DNA of 63,847 nucleotides, from assembly GCA_964657675.1 (NCBI GenBank), contig CAZZWE010000003.1:1-63847 (forward strand), given 5' to 3'. Source of the stretch: an uncultured Steroidobacteraceae bacterium (GTDB taxonomy: Bacteria; Pseudomonadota; Gammaproteobacteria; Steroidobacterales; Steroidobacteraceae). The stretch's first letter is position 1, and each line of letters begins with the position of its first letter. The notes under the pieces are model-generated. The model was given only the letters and a program-made list of their open reading frames with translations. It was not told the DNA's origin and did not search any database. Shown piece after piece: positions 1-10,125 of the stretch. Position numbers and translations under genes: made by a program.

Positions 1-53
1 GACGAGGGCTAGCGGAAGGCACCCGTTTGAGTCAGCTCTTATTGAAGGTCCAA

Positions 54-695
54 ATGCCGAAGAATAATGCGGGCAGGAAGCTTGTCGTGCAGCCAACGGG
101 AGGACGGGAACTCAAACCCAGCGTGGTCGCCTACAAACGTGAGCGCATCCTCGAAGAAGCCGGATCGCTGTTTTTCACCATGGGTTATGAAGCGGCCACG
201 CTCGACATGCTCGCCGAGCGCCTGCGGGTGACCAAACCGTTTCTGTACACGTACTACCGCAACAAGGGACACATTTTGAGCGCGATTTGCGACCTGGGCG
301 TCAAAGAATCGCTGGCGGCCTTGGACGCATTGGACGGTAAAGCGGGCACATCGGTCGATCGGCTGTGGACGGCGCTTGCCGCGGTCGCGAATATCATTAT
401 CAACCGCTATGAGTACATCACCATCTACCAGCGGGAAATGATGAATCTGGACGCCGCCGATGCGCGGCGCATCCTGCGCCTGCGGCATCAATTCGATCTG
501 AGGATTGCCAAGCTCGTCATGGACTGCCAGCAAGATGGATTCGTGACGCTCGACGATGCGCCCGAGATGGCAATTTGGATGGGCGGCTTGCTCAGCTGGA
601 TCCCCAACTGTTACGGACCGGGCAGCAAGCAGTCCCGCGAAGCCATCGTGAAACAAGTGGTGCATGCCTGTATGCGATTGATCGGTCTTGGTTAG
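54..695 (+). CDS. TetR/AcrR family transcriptional regulator
   Basis: N-terminal TetR-type HTH (RILEEAGSLFFTMGYEAATLDMLAERLRVTKPFLYTYY). The ORF opens at TTG 27 and the first ATG is at 54. It lies directly upstream of the ligase/Rieske cluster. Confidence 0.85.
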   Translation: MPKNNAGRKLVVQPTGGRELKPSVVAYKRERILEEAGSLFFTMGYEAATLDMLAERLRVTKPFLYTYYRNKGHILSAICDLGVKESLAALDALDGKAGTSVDRLWTALAAVANIIINRYEYITIYQREMMNLDAADARRILRLRHQFDLRIAKLVMDCQQDGFVTLDDAPEMAIWMGGLLSWIPNCYGPGSKQSREAIVKQVVHACMRLIGLG

Positions 696-744
696 ATCGC
701 CTTAATCCCTGAACTGGGGAGGCGCGAAAAAAGGGGGAGTTGGA

Positions 745-2358
745 GTGCGAGATTTCAATGATGCGCGTGTGCCCAATCGTGACGTATGCGTACTTCGATA
801 TTTGCTGGACCGGTTTGCGCGTGAAACGCCCGACAAGACTCATCTGATCTTCGAAGACGGCGAGGAGTGGAGTTTTGCCGAAGTACGCCGCCGCACCATT
901 GCCAAGGCCGTCGGCTTGCAACAACTGGGTGTACGCCAGGGGGATCGCGTCGCGGTCTGGGTTCCGAACGGCCGCGATGCGCTGATCATTTTCTATGCGA
1001 TCAACTATCTGGGCGCCGTGTTCGTGCCGTTCAATACCGCCTACCGCGGCAACCTGCTGGCGCACGTCATCAAGAATTCCTCGGCTAGAATCCTGATCGC
1101 GCATCCCGACCTTGTGGGACGCTTGGCCGAAGTGGATCGGGCATTGCTCGAACGGTTGGTACTGGTCACGCCTCGGGACGCCCCGGATGTCGGATTTCCC
1201 GTAAGCCGCTTCGATGATTTGAGCGGCGTGGAGGATGCGCTTGGCCCCCTCGATCGGCCGATCGAGCCCTGGGATGTCCAGTCCATCATCTACACCTCGG
1301 GAACCACCGGGCCCTCCAAAGGGGTGCTGTCCTCCTACTTGCACATGTTCTCGAATGCCGGACCCGAGTCCTGGCCCATGGTCGGCAAAGACGACCGCTA
1401 TCTCACCGTCGCACCGATCTTCCACATTGGCGGGATGGGACCGCCTTTCGTCATGCTCGCCCGAGGCGCCTCCGTGGCCGTTGCAGAGCATTTTTCGACG
1501 GAACGCTTTTGGGAGGTCGTGCGGAAAACCGAGTCGACCGTGGTGTTTCTGCTCGGCGTGATGGCGACTTTTTTGTTGAAGCGGCCGCCCTCAGAGGAGG
1601 ATCGGCGGCACAAGGTCAGACTGGCATTCATGGTGCCGCTGACGGATGACGCGCAAGCGTTCAAAGATCGATTCAATATCGACATCTATACGATCTTCAA
1701 CATGACCGAGATTTCCTCACCCATCGTCTCGGAACCGAATCCCAAGAAGCGCGGTACCTGCGGCCGGGTGCGTCCCGGCGCCGAAGTTCGGCTGGTCGAT
1801 GAACATGACTGCGAGGTTCCCATCGGCACCATCGGTGAGATGCTGGTTCGTTGCGATCGGCCCTGGGCCATGAACAGCGGCTACAACGCCAATCCGGAGG
1901 CCACCGCCAAGGCCTGGCAGAACGGCTGGTTCCACACCGGCGACGCCTTTCGCCAGGATCAAGACGGCTATTTCTTCTTCGTCGACCGCATGAAGGATGC
2001 AATAAGGCGCCGCGGGGAAAACATCTCCTCCTTCGAAGTGGAAGCGGAAGTGTGTGCGCATCCCGACGTACGCGAAGCGGCCGCGATCGCGGTGCCGAGC
2101 GATCTGTCCGAGGACGAAGTGATGATCGTGGTGGCGGCGGTTCCTGGGCGTTCCATCGATCACATGAATCTGTCGGCCTTCCTCATGAGTCGGATGCCGT
2201 ACTTCATGGTGCCGCGCTACATACGTATTCTCGACGAGCTGCCCAAAACGCCCTCGGCCAAGGTGCTCAAGACCGAACTTCGCAAGCAGGGGGTCACCAG
2301 CGATACCTGGGACCGGGAGGCCGCGGGCCTGCGCACGCGACGTGAGAACTTAGCCTAA
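745..2358 (+). CDS. AMP-dependent acyl-CoA synthetase/ligase (ANL superfamily)
   Basis: AMP-binding motifs IIYTSGTTGPSKGV, WFHTGDAF, DRMKDAIRRRGENISS and PKTPSAKVLK. GTG start is preceded by AAGGGGGAG. Confidence 0.9.
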   Translation: MRDFNDARVPNRDVCVLRYLLDRFARETPDKTHLIFEDGEEWSFAEVRRRTIAKAVGLQQLGVRQGDRVAVWVPNGRDALIIFYAINYLGAVFVPFNTAYRGNLLAHVIKNSSARILIAHPDLVGRLAEVDRALLERLVLVTPRDAPDVGFPVSRFDDLSGVEDALGPLDRPIEPWDVQSIIYTSGTTGPSKGVLSSYLHMFSNAGPESWPMVGKDDRYLTVAPIFHIGGMGPPFVMLARGASVAVAEHFSTERFWEVVRKTESTVVFLLGVMATFLLKRPPSEEDRRHKVRLAFMVPLTDDAQAFKDRFNIDIYTIFNMTEISSPIVSEPNPKKRGTCGRVRPGAEVRLVDEHDCEVPIGTIGEMLVRCDRPWAMNSGYNANPEATAKAWQNGWFHTGDAFRQDQDGYFFFVDRMKDAIRRRGENISSFEVEAEVCAHPDVREAAAIAVPSDLSEDEVMIVVAAVPGRSIDHMNLSAFLMSRMPYFMVPRYIRILDELPKTPSAKVLKTELRKQGVTSDTWDREAAGLRTRRENLA

Positions 2359-2446
2359 GGATTTGCGGCCGGTTGACCCGGTCTTGCGCCCGCGCCCATA
2401 CTACTGGCGAGTATAAAAAAACGATTGTTGGTATAGGAGGCTGGAA

Positions 2447-2794
2447 ATGAGTGCTGATCATCGCCTACCCGCGGAGTTTGCAGACCTCGAGCGCTTCGTC
2501 GAGCACTGGGATGTGGCCACCTCACAGGAACGCTGGATCCGCCGCTCCGAAACTGCCCAGCCCGCAATCCGTGCCTTTTACGACGCGATGCTGGCTCGGG
2601 CGGATGCGGCTTTGACCTATGTCGAGCGTTTTCCGCTGCACGACCTGCCGGCAGACGCGGCTTGCTTGCTGCGTCTGCTGCTGGCGATGACGCAGGCGGC
2701 AATGGCGGTCGAGCTGCACGAATCGCCCCGCGTCCCGCGCTCTCCCTTCCCGCATTCCATCACGATCGAAACGGGCGTGAGTCCCTACGGCTGA
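2447..2794 (+). CDS. hypothetical protein (115 aa), unknown family
   Basis: AGGAGG lies 6 nt upstream of the ATG. The gene is 15 nt upstream of the Rieske gene on the same strand, and composition is coding-like. I recognise no motif. Confidence 0.6.
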   Translation: MSADHRLPAEFADLERFVEHWDVATSQERWIRRSETAQPAIRAFYDAMLARADAALTYVERFPLHDLPADAACLLRLLLAMTQAAMAVELHESPRVPRSPFPHSITIETGVSPYG

Positions 2795-2809
2795 GTCGAA
2801 GGAGAAACC

Positions 2810-4123
2810 GTGTTAGACCCCAATGTGCTATCGCCCAGCTTGACCAAGAATCTTGGCTTCGCGACGGCCACCGTTCCTTCCAATCTGTACTACTCCGCCG
2901 AACAATTCGAACTCGAGCGTGAGCGCATCTTTCGCCGTGTCTGGCTCAAAGTAGGCCGCATCGAGCAAATTCCAAAGTCCGGCGATTTCTTCGTGAAGGA
3001 GATCGACCTGTTCAGCGCGTCTATCATCCTATCGCGCGCGCGCGACGGCTCGATCCACGCGCTGCACAACGTGTGTTCGCATCGCGGCAATCAAGTGGTG
3101 CATGAACGAGAAGGTAACCGCTCGAAGTTCACCTGCCGCTACCATAGCTGGACGTTTCAAAACACCGGCGAATTGGTCGGCGTTCCCGACGAGCGCAGCT
3201 TTTTCGCGTTGGACAAGAAAAAGTGCGGACTTACCCCGGTTGCCGTGGATGTGTGGGAAGGATGGATCTTCATCAATTTCCAATCAAAACCTGAGGTGAG
3301 CCTCAAAGAATTCTTGGGTCCCTTCGGCGAAGCCTTCAGCGGCGTCGCCTACCCGAACCCGGAGAATTCGGTCGTCTTGAAAGGCGAGTTCCAGGCCAAC
3401 TGGAAAACGGTGGCCGATGCGTTCAGTGAGGCCTATCACCTCTCGTCCATCCATCCGAAGACCTTTGGGCCGCTGTACGCGGGGAAATCGAATCCGTTCA
3501 GCAGGCCGCTGAGCGCCGAAATCTATGGGCCGCACCGATCGATGTCAACTTGGCTGGACACGACATTCCAGATGCCGGACTCCGCAAAAGTCGAACGCTG
3601 GGTCAGCCCGCCCGGAGAAACGGTGACCGGAACTCGTAAGCCGGGCCAACGTAACGCGCTCATCGATCACCCGGCCATCAATCCTTCCAAGTCCGACGCG
3701 TGGGCCAGCGATGCCAAGTGGGTTTTCCCCAATTGGCACATTCAGATTTCGGCCAACATGTTTTGGACCCACGAATTCTGGCCGGTATCGGCCACCCGGA
3801 CCCAGTGGGAGGGCCGCTTCTACGTGCCCAAACCGAAGACGGCGCGGGAGCGCATCGCGCTCGAATATTTCACCGCCAAGATGAGCGACGGCATGCTCGA
3901 GGATTTGTCCAACATCGAAAGCACGCAACGCGGCATGATGTCCGGCGCCAAGCCGTTTCTGATTCTGCAAGACGGCGAGTTGCTGATCCGTCACTCCCTC
4001 GAACAGGTGGTGAAGTGGACCACCTCCGTGACGGCTGCCGAAGCGCTCGATCTGAATCCGCGCTATGAGAAAGGTCCGCTGCCAGACCTCTCATCATCAG
4101 CCGCCAACAGCGACACCGTTTAG
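2810..4123 (+). CDS. Rieske [2Fe-2S] aromatic ring-hydroxylating oxygenase, alpha subunit (alpha-only type)
   Basis: Rieske motif CSHRGNQVVHEREGNRSKFTCRYH (C-x-H-x17-C-x2-H). Mononuclear iron motif DAFSEAYHLSSIH. GGAG precedes the GTG start. Confidence 0.9.
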   Translation: MLDPNVLSPSLTKNLGFATATVPSNLYYSAEQFELERERIFRRVWLKVGRIEQIPKSGDFFVKEIDLFSASIILSRARDGSIHALHNVCSHRGNQVVHEREGNRSKFTCRYHSWTFQNTGELVGVPDERSFFALDKKKCGLTPVAVDVWEGWIFINFQSKPEVSLKEFLGPFGEAFSGVAYPNPENSVVLKGEFQANWKTVADAFSEAYHLSSIHPKTFGPLYAGKSNPFSRPLSAEIYGPHRSMSTWLDTTFQMPDSAKVERWVSPPGETVTGTRKPGQRNALIDHPAINPSKSDAWASDAKWVFPNWHIQISANMFWTHEFWPVSATRTQWEGRFYVPKPKTARERIALEYFTAKMSDGMLEDLSNIESTQRGMMSGAKPFLILQDGELLIRHSLEQVVKWTTSVTAAEALDLNPRYEKGPLPDLSSSAANSDTV

Positions 4124-7100
4124 AAACGCACGCTCCAGCGATTCGGCGCGTTCGCGATAGCGCTGCATGGAGGCTTCCTTGACGGGACCGTAACCGCGGA
4201 CGTCTTCGGCCAGCGTCAGGAGTTCGACACCCGCCGTGTGATTGGCGACCGTCAGCGCCGACAGGACGCGGGTGACGAGCTGCTCATACTGCTCGATCAT
4301 CGCCCGCTCCGCGCGCCGTTCGGCCGTATAACCGAACACATCGAGCGCGGTGCCCCGCACGCGGCGACCGTGCGCCAGTGCCCGCAAGGCCGGGCGAAGC
4401 CAGGGGCCGAACTCACGTTTGCGAGGACGGCCGTTGATTCCTCGACCCGCCAAGAACGGCGGTGCCAAGTTGAAGCTGACTCGTCCACCGTCGGCAAAAA
4501 CCTTGGCGATTTCCTGCGTGAGCGCGGGTTGGGTCAACAGCCGAGCCACTTCGTATTCATCCTTGTAGGCAAGCAGTTTCGCGTACCCACGCGCAGCCGC
4601 GAGCGCCAAGGGGCCTGCTTGACCCGCAACCTCGGTTTCGCGCAGCGCCACGCGGTCCACCAGACGGCGGTAGCGCGCGGCCAGCGCGGCATCTTGGTAG
4701 GCTGTCAGATGGGATGCGCGAAACGCAACGACCTCGGTGAGCGACGAGGGCGGCGGTGCATCTTTTTGAGCGAGCCCGAGCACGCGGGCGGGATCGACGG
4801 CGAACAGTCGTCCCAGCCGCAGTGCGTTGAGATTGAGAGACACCGCCACGCCATTCAGAGCAATCGCGCGCTCAAGCGCCGCCACGCTCACCGGTAGCAG
4901 TCCCCGCTGCAGCGCGATGCCCACCATCAGCAAATTGGCGCCGATGGTGTCACCCAATACCGCGAGCGCCAGGCCGGACGCGCCCACGGACTCGACCGCA
5001 CCGTGTCCCGCGCCCTCTTTGAGCTGCGTCAGCAACAGATTGAAGTCGGCGGCGTAATCGCGATTGAACTGCAATGCGACGGTGGGCGACAGGTCGGCAT
5101 TGACCAGCACCTGGGTACGCCCCCGCTGCAGCGTGTCGAATGCCTCCGGCGCCAATGCGGCGACCAGATCGAAGGCGAGCACCAAGTCCGCTTCACCTCG
5201 ACTCAGCCGCTGTGAGGTCAAGTCCTCGTTGCGCCGCGCGATGCGGATATGGCTGTAGACCGCGCCGTTCTTCTGACTGAGTCCCGTCATGTCAAACGAT
5301 GACAGTGCGAGACCCTGCAGATGCGCGGCCATGCCCAGCAACGCCCCCACCGTGATCACACCGGTGCCGCCGATGCCGCTCACCATGAGATTGAATCCGT
5401 ATTGATCCAACGACTTGGGCTGCGGCTCTGGCAACGCCGCAAACAGCTCGTCATCCTTGGCCATCGGCTGCGCCTTGCGCAGTCCGGCGTCGTGAATGGT
5501 CAGGAATGACGGACAAAAGCCGTTGACGCAACTATAGTCTTTGTTGCAGCTGGATTGATCGATGGCACGCTTGCGCCCGAGCGCCGTGTCGACCGGGATC
5601 AGGCTTACGCAGGTGGATTGCACCGAGCAATCGCCGCATCCCTCACACACCTCCTTGGAGATGAATAGACGCTTCGGCGGATCGGCATAGGTCCCGCGCT
5701 TACGGCGGCGGCGTTTTTCCGCCGCACAGGTCTGATCGTAGATCAGGACGGTGCATCCCGGCGTCTCGCGTAACTCGCGTTGCACCTCATCCAGCGAGTC
5801 TCGATCACCAATGGTGACTTGCGGCGGCAACGCCTTGGATCGACGATGCCGCTCGGGGTCGTCGCTCAACAGGACCACCCGCTTCACGCCTTCCTGAATC
5901 ACCTGATTTGCAATGCTGGCGACCGACACCGGCCCATCGACCGGCTGCCCTCCGGTCATGGCCACCGCATCGTTGTAGAGTATTTTATAGGTGATGCTGA
6001 CGCCGGCGGCGACCGCAGCCCGGATGGCCAGCAACCCGGAGTGGTAGTAGGTGCCGTCGCCCATGTTCTGAAAAATATGCGGCGTATCGGTAAAGGGCGC
6101 GAGTCCAATCCAGTTGCCGCCCTCCCCGCCCATTTGAGTCGGCAGCAATGCCACGTCCGGCCGCACGAAGTTCACCATGGTATGGCAGCCAATGCCGGTC
6201 ATGCTCATGCTGCCTTCCGGCACGACGGTCGAACGATTGTGCGGACAGCCCGAACAAAAATAGGGCGCGCGCTTGGGCGCAGCTGCACGCGAAATCTGCG
6301 GCGCGGGTATCAACGCGCGTCGCGCCGCACGCAGGTTGTCATCGAGCAGACCCAACGCCTCGAGCCGTCCCGCGATGGCCAAGGCGATTGTGGAAGCATC
6401 GAGCGGCAACACCGAGGAGAGCAGCGGCGCCCCGCTCTCATCGACCTTACCGAGCACCAGGGGCCGCTCGCCTTGATTGATGAGCGTCGCGGCGATCTGC
6501 TGCTCGAGGAAGCTTTTTTTCTCCTCGACGATGAGCAACGTACGATGTCCGGCCGCAAACTCCGTCACACCGGAGGGCTCGAGCGGCCAGATGCACCCAA
6601 CCTTATAGAGCGACACCCCAAGCGACCGGCAGCGCGCCTCATCCAAGCCCAATAGCGCCAGCGCCGCCCGCACATCGCCATACGATTTGCCCGCGGTAAT
6701 CAGCCCTAGCCCCGGACTCGTTGCTTTGACGAGCGTCCGGTCGACTTGGTTGGCTCGCACGAAGGCGTGCACGCGCGGCAGCCGGTGCTCCATCACGATT
6801 TGTTCATCGCGCAGCGGATTGAAGGGCCCCTGGCGTATATGCACGCCTTCGGCAGGCGCCGAAAGCTGCTTAGGTTCGGCAATGACCATGCTATCGAAAG
6901 TGAGTTCCACGCTGGTGGTTTGCTCGGCAACCTCATCGACGCACTTGATCCCGATCCAATTGCCGGAATAGCGCGACAAGGCGATTCCCAGCAGGCCGTA
7001 CGTCAGGATCTCGCCCGCATCCGCAGGATAGAGTGAGGGAATCAGATTCGCGGCGAGCGCCTGCTCGCTCTGGTGCGCAACCGTGGAGGACTTGCCGCCG

Positions 7101-7555
7101 TGATCGTCGCCATAAAACAGAATCACGCCGCCCTTGGGATGCGCCCCTGCATAGTTGCCGTGCTTCAACGCATCGCACGACCGGTCGACACCGGGCCCCT
7201 TGCCGTACCAGGCCGCAAATACACCCTCGCAGCGCGGTAGCGACACCGAATCGAGCTGCTGGGTACCGCGCAACGCCGTGGCTGCGATGTCCTCATTGAG
7301 CCCGGGCTGGAATACGATCTTGGCCTGCGCCAGCCGGTCCTTGATCGACCACAGCGTGGTGTCGACATTGCCCAGGGGCGAGCCGCGATAGCCCGACATG
7401 TAGCCTGCCGTATTGAGGCCGTGTTTGCGGTCGCGGGCGTGTTGCGCCAGCAGCACGCGCGCAATCGCCTGGGTACCGCTCATCACCACACGGCCCGCAT
7501 CGAAAACCCATTTGTCCTCGAGCGTTACGGGCTCGAGGTGAACGCGGGCGGACAA
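4097..7555 (-). CDS. indolepyruvate ferredoxin oxidoreductase family protein (fused alpha/beta, 1152 aa)
   Basis: Length and N-terminus (LEDKW..GRVVMSGTQAIARVLL) are typical of fused IOR proteins. Cys clusters CSGCPHN and CEGCGDCSVQSTC are present. TTG start. Confidence 0.8.
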   Translation of the reverse strand: MSARVHLEPVTLEDKWVFDAGRVVMSGTQAIARVLLAQHARDRKHGLNTAGYMSGYRGSPLGNVDTTLWSIKDRLAQAKIVFQPGLNEDIAATALRGTQQLDSVSLPRCEGVFAAWYGKGPGVDRSCDALKHGNYAGAHPKGGVILFYGDDHGGKSSTVAHQSEQALAANLIPSLYPADAGEILTYGLLGIALSRYSGNWIGIKCVDEVAEQTTSVELTFDSMVIAEPKQLSAPAEGVHIRQGPFNPLRDEQIVMEHRLPRVHAFVRANQVDRTLVKATSPGLGLITAGKSYGDVRAALALLGLDEARCRSLGVSLYKVGCIWPLEPSGVTEFAAGHRTLLIVEEKKSFLEQQIAATLINQGERPLVLGKVDESGAPLLSSVLPLDASTIALAIAGRLEALGLLDDNLRAARRALIPAPQISRAAAPKRAPYFCSGCPHNRSTVVPEGSMSMTGIGCHTMVNFVRPDVALLPTQMGGEGGNWIGLAPFTDTPHIFQNMGDGTYYHSGLLAIRAAVAAGVSITYKILYNDAVAMTGGQPVDGPVSVASIANQVIQEGVKRVVLLSDDPERHRRSKALPPQVTIGDRDSLDEVQRELRETPGCTVLIYDQTCAAEKRRRRKRGTYADPPKRLFISKEVCEGCGDCSVQSTCVSLIPVDTALGRKRAIDQSSCNKDYSCVNGFCPSFLTIHDAGLRKAQPMAKDDELFAALPEPQPKSLDQYGFNLMVSGIGGTGVITVGALLGMAAHLQGLALSSFDMTGLSQKNGAVYSHIRIARRNEDLTSQRLSRGEADLVLAFDLVAALAPEAFDTLQRGRTQVLVNADLSPTVALQFNRDYAADFNLLLTQLKEGAGHGAVESVGASGLALAVLGDTIGANLLMVGIALQRGLLPVSVAALERAIALNGVAVSLNLNALRLGRLFAVDPARVLGLAQKDAPPPSSLTEVVAFRASHLTAYQDAALAARYRRLVDRVALRETEVAGQAGPLALAAARGYAKLLAYKDEYEVARLLTQPALTQEIAKVFADGGRVSFNLAPPFLAGRGINGRPRKREFGPWLRPALRALAHGRRVRGTALDVFGYTAERRAERAMIEQYEQLVTRVLSALTVANHTAGVELLTLAEDVRGYGPVKEASMQRYRERAESLERAFLNGVAVGG

Positions 7556-7576
7556 GTCCAGTCTCGAGCCCGCGTT

Positions 7577-8746
7577 CTACAACGCACGCCGCAAAAAATC
7601 GACCAAGGCACTGCGATCTTTGATGGGCTTGGGATTGGTGCCGCACCAGATATCCTCGAGCACATACCCCGCCAGCGCGTCGAGATCCTTTTCCGCAAGA
7701 CCGACCTTGGTCAAGGAGCGCGGCATGTCGAGGGCGCGAATCAAACGGTCCGCCAGCACATGGGCCGGCGTCTGCGGCTCACCCATCGCCAGACTGATGA
7801 GTTTTTGCCGCTCGCCGTTCACGTCCGCGTTGAACTCAAGCGCAACCGGCGCCATGACGCACGAGGTATATCCGTGGGGCACATTGAAAGATCCTCCCAG
7901 CGCATGCCCTGTGGCATGGCTGATGCCCATCGGCAACCCCGCGACGATGGCAACCATCGAACACCAGGCACCCATCTGGCATTGCTGGCGGGCAGTCAAA
8001 TTTTTGTAGTCGGCCTTACAGGCCAGCAATCCCTTCGAAAGCAGGCGGAGCCCATTCATGGCCAACCCGTCCCAGTAGTCGTTGGAACCAAAGGCGCCCA
8101 ATGTTTCAAAACAATGGTCCAAAGAACGCACGCCCGTCGAAAACCAGATCCATTCGGGTGTGTGAACCGTGACCGCAGGATCGATGATGATGGCGCGGGC
8201 GGTCATCGCCGGATGCATGTAGCCCTGCTTCACGTTGACTTTCTTGTCGGTCGCGCCGGAAAGCGCATTGAACTCGCCGCCCGAGAGCGTGGTTGGAATG
8301 ATTACGACGGGTAAATCGGGGCCCGCAAAAACCGGAGCCGTGATGCTCCGATCCGCATTCACCACGATGTGGTAAGGCTCCATGGATTCGACCGTTCGCA
8401 AATTGTGCTTGAGACACAGGTTGATGATTTTGGTGGCATCCGTGACCGACCCGCCGCCAATCGACACCAGCATGTCCGGAGAGGCCTTTTCTGCTGCCGC
8501 CACGCCTGCGATCACATCCTCCCTGGGCACGTGCGGCGCAATCGAGTCGAACACGCCTGCAAACTTGCCGCCCAACGCACGCCGCAGGTGCTCGACTTCC
8601 TGCGTCTTGTTGGCAAGCGTGTTGCTGGCAAAGATGAAGACGCGCTTGGCGCCGAGTCGTTCCGCCTCTTCGGCGAGCGCTTCAGCTGCCGGGCGTCCAC
8701 TGTACACGCGCTGCATCGGCGACAGCTCTATGGTCGATTTATACAT
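7577..8746 (-). CDS. iron-containing alcohol dehydrogenase family protein (maleylacetate-reductase-like)
   Basis: Fe-ADH motifs SIGGGSVTDATK and ISHATGHALG. The N-terminus (RVYSGRPAAEALAEEAERLGAKRVFIF) resembles maleylacetate reductases. Confidence 0.8.
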   Translation of the reverse strand: MYKSTIELSPMQRVYSGRPAAEALAEEAERLGAKRVFIFASNTLANKTQEVEHLRRALGGKFAGVFDSIAPHVPREDVIAGVAAAEKASPDMLVSIGGGSVTDATKIINLCLKHNLRTVESMEPYHIVVNADRSITAPVFAGPDLPVVIIPTTLSGGEFNALSGATDKKVNVKQGYMHPAMTARAIIIDPAVTVHTPEWIWFSTGVRSLDHCFETLGAFGSNDYWDGLAMNGLRLLSKGLLACKADYKNLTARQQCQMGAWCSMVAIVAGLPMGISHATGHALGGSFNVPHGYTSCVMAPVALEFNADVNGERQKLISLAMGEPQTPAHVLADRLIRALDMPRSLTKVGLAEKDLDALAGYVLEDIWCGTNPKPIKDRSALVDFLRRAL

Positions 8747-8810
8747 ACTTCCCCCGCGAATTACTTGATAAAGGCCAGTTTACTGATGCTCTACCGCTTC
8801 TTACTATTAG

Positions 8811-9998
8811 TCAATTGCGCCGCATGCCGGCGCGAATTGCGTCGTACACAAGAGCGCGGATTTCGGCCTGCAGCGGATATATTTCCGAGGGCAGGATTTG
8901 CGTCATGAAAATGCAGATCAGCTGCTCGGCCGGGTCACAAAAGAAAAACGTGTGGGCCATGCCGCTCCAATACGTGTCGTTGAGATTGCCCCGCATCGGA
9001 GCGGTGACTGCATCGATGGTGGTTGCCCATCCCAAACCAAAGCCGACACCGACGTAGCGCTCATCACTGAACATGCCCCGTGCAACCGAGTGCAAATCCT
9101 TCCCGCCGGGCAGATGATTGCTCGACATCAGCCTCCAACTAGCCGCGGACAGCAGCGCGGGCTCGCGATCTCCCTGACCCACAATCGCATCGGCAAACGC
9201 CAGGTAGTCTTTCGCCGTCGACAACAGTCCGCCGCCGCCTGAATAGAACGTCGGTATGGCGCTCAGATCAGGCTCGAATGACTGCTTCAGTTGCCCCAAC
9301 GACTCCCCGGAGCGCCGCACGTAGCAGTTGGCAACCCGCGACCGTTTCGCAGCTGAAACATGAAAATCCGTATCTGTCATATTCAAAGGATCGAAAATCT
9401 GTGACTTGAGAAAATCGCGGAAGCTCTGGCCGCTCACTTGCTGGATGACGAACCCGAGTACATCGGTCGATACCGAATATGTCCAAGCGGTACCCGGTTC
9501 GAACTCCAGCGGAAAAGCGCCCAACTCGCGCACAAAAGTAGCGAGATCCGGTCCGTCCGAACGCAGCGATACGGTCTCGCGATACAAGGCATCGATTTCT
9601 GTGCGGTGTTGGAAACCGGCCGTCAGACCGGAACAGTGCGTCAGCAGATCGAGGATCCGCATCGGTCGCGCCGGGACGACGCCATGGACTTCAAGCCCCG
9701 CCCATGACGGTATGTAACGCGACACCTCATCGTCGAGGCGCAGCAGGCCTCGTTCGACCAGCATCATGGCCGCGACACAGGTGATCGGCTTGGTCATCGA
9801 GAAAATGCGGAATATGCAATCTGGCGCCATCGGCCGGGTTCGCTCCCGGTCCAGGAAACCGAAACAACCCTCGTGCCGATGACCGCTATGTTGTATGACG
9901 ATTTGGGCGCCTGCCAAAAGCCCGGGGTCGACGTAGCGGGACTGGATGTAGCGATCAACCCCGAGGAAGCGAGCGTCTTGCGCCGTTGAATGCAGCAT
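8811..9998 (-). CDS. serine hydrolase, beta-lactamase/esterase (class C-like) family, cytoplasmic
   Basis: S-x-x-K motif in FSMTKPIT. No signal peptide. The ORF opens at GTG 10001 and an ATG follows one codon later. Confidence 0.8.
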   Translation of the reverse strand: MLHSTAQDARFLGVDRYIQSRYVDPGLLAGAQIVIQHSGHRHEGCFGFLDRERTRPMAPDCIFRIFSMTKPITCVAAMMLVERGLLRLDDEVSRYIPSWAGLEVHGVVPARPMRILDLLTHCSGLTAGFQHRTEIDALYRETVSLRSDGPDLATFVRELGAFPLEFEPGTAWTYSVSTDVLGFVIQQVSGQSFRDFLKSQIFDPLNMTDTDFHVSAAKRSRVANCYVRRSGESLGQLKQSFEPDLSAIPTFYSGGGGLLSTAKDYLAFADAIVGQGDREPALLSAASWRLMSSNHLPGGKDLHSVARGMFSDERYVGVGFGLGWATTIDAVTAPMRGNLNDTYWSGMAHTFFFCDPAEQLICIFMTQILPSEIYPLQAEIRALVYDAIRAGMRRN

Positions 9999-10125
9999 CA
10001 CCCAGCCCTAAACCGACACATCTACATTCTTCCTAACAGACTCTTCCCTTTCCTCATGATAAATGAAATTATACCCGCCAGTATCACTAGCAAATAAATA
10101 AGCTAGAAACCCGGGAGGAGTTGGC

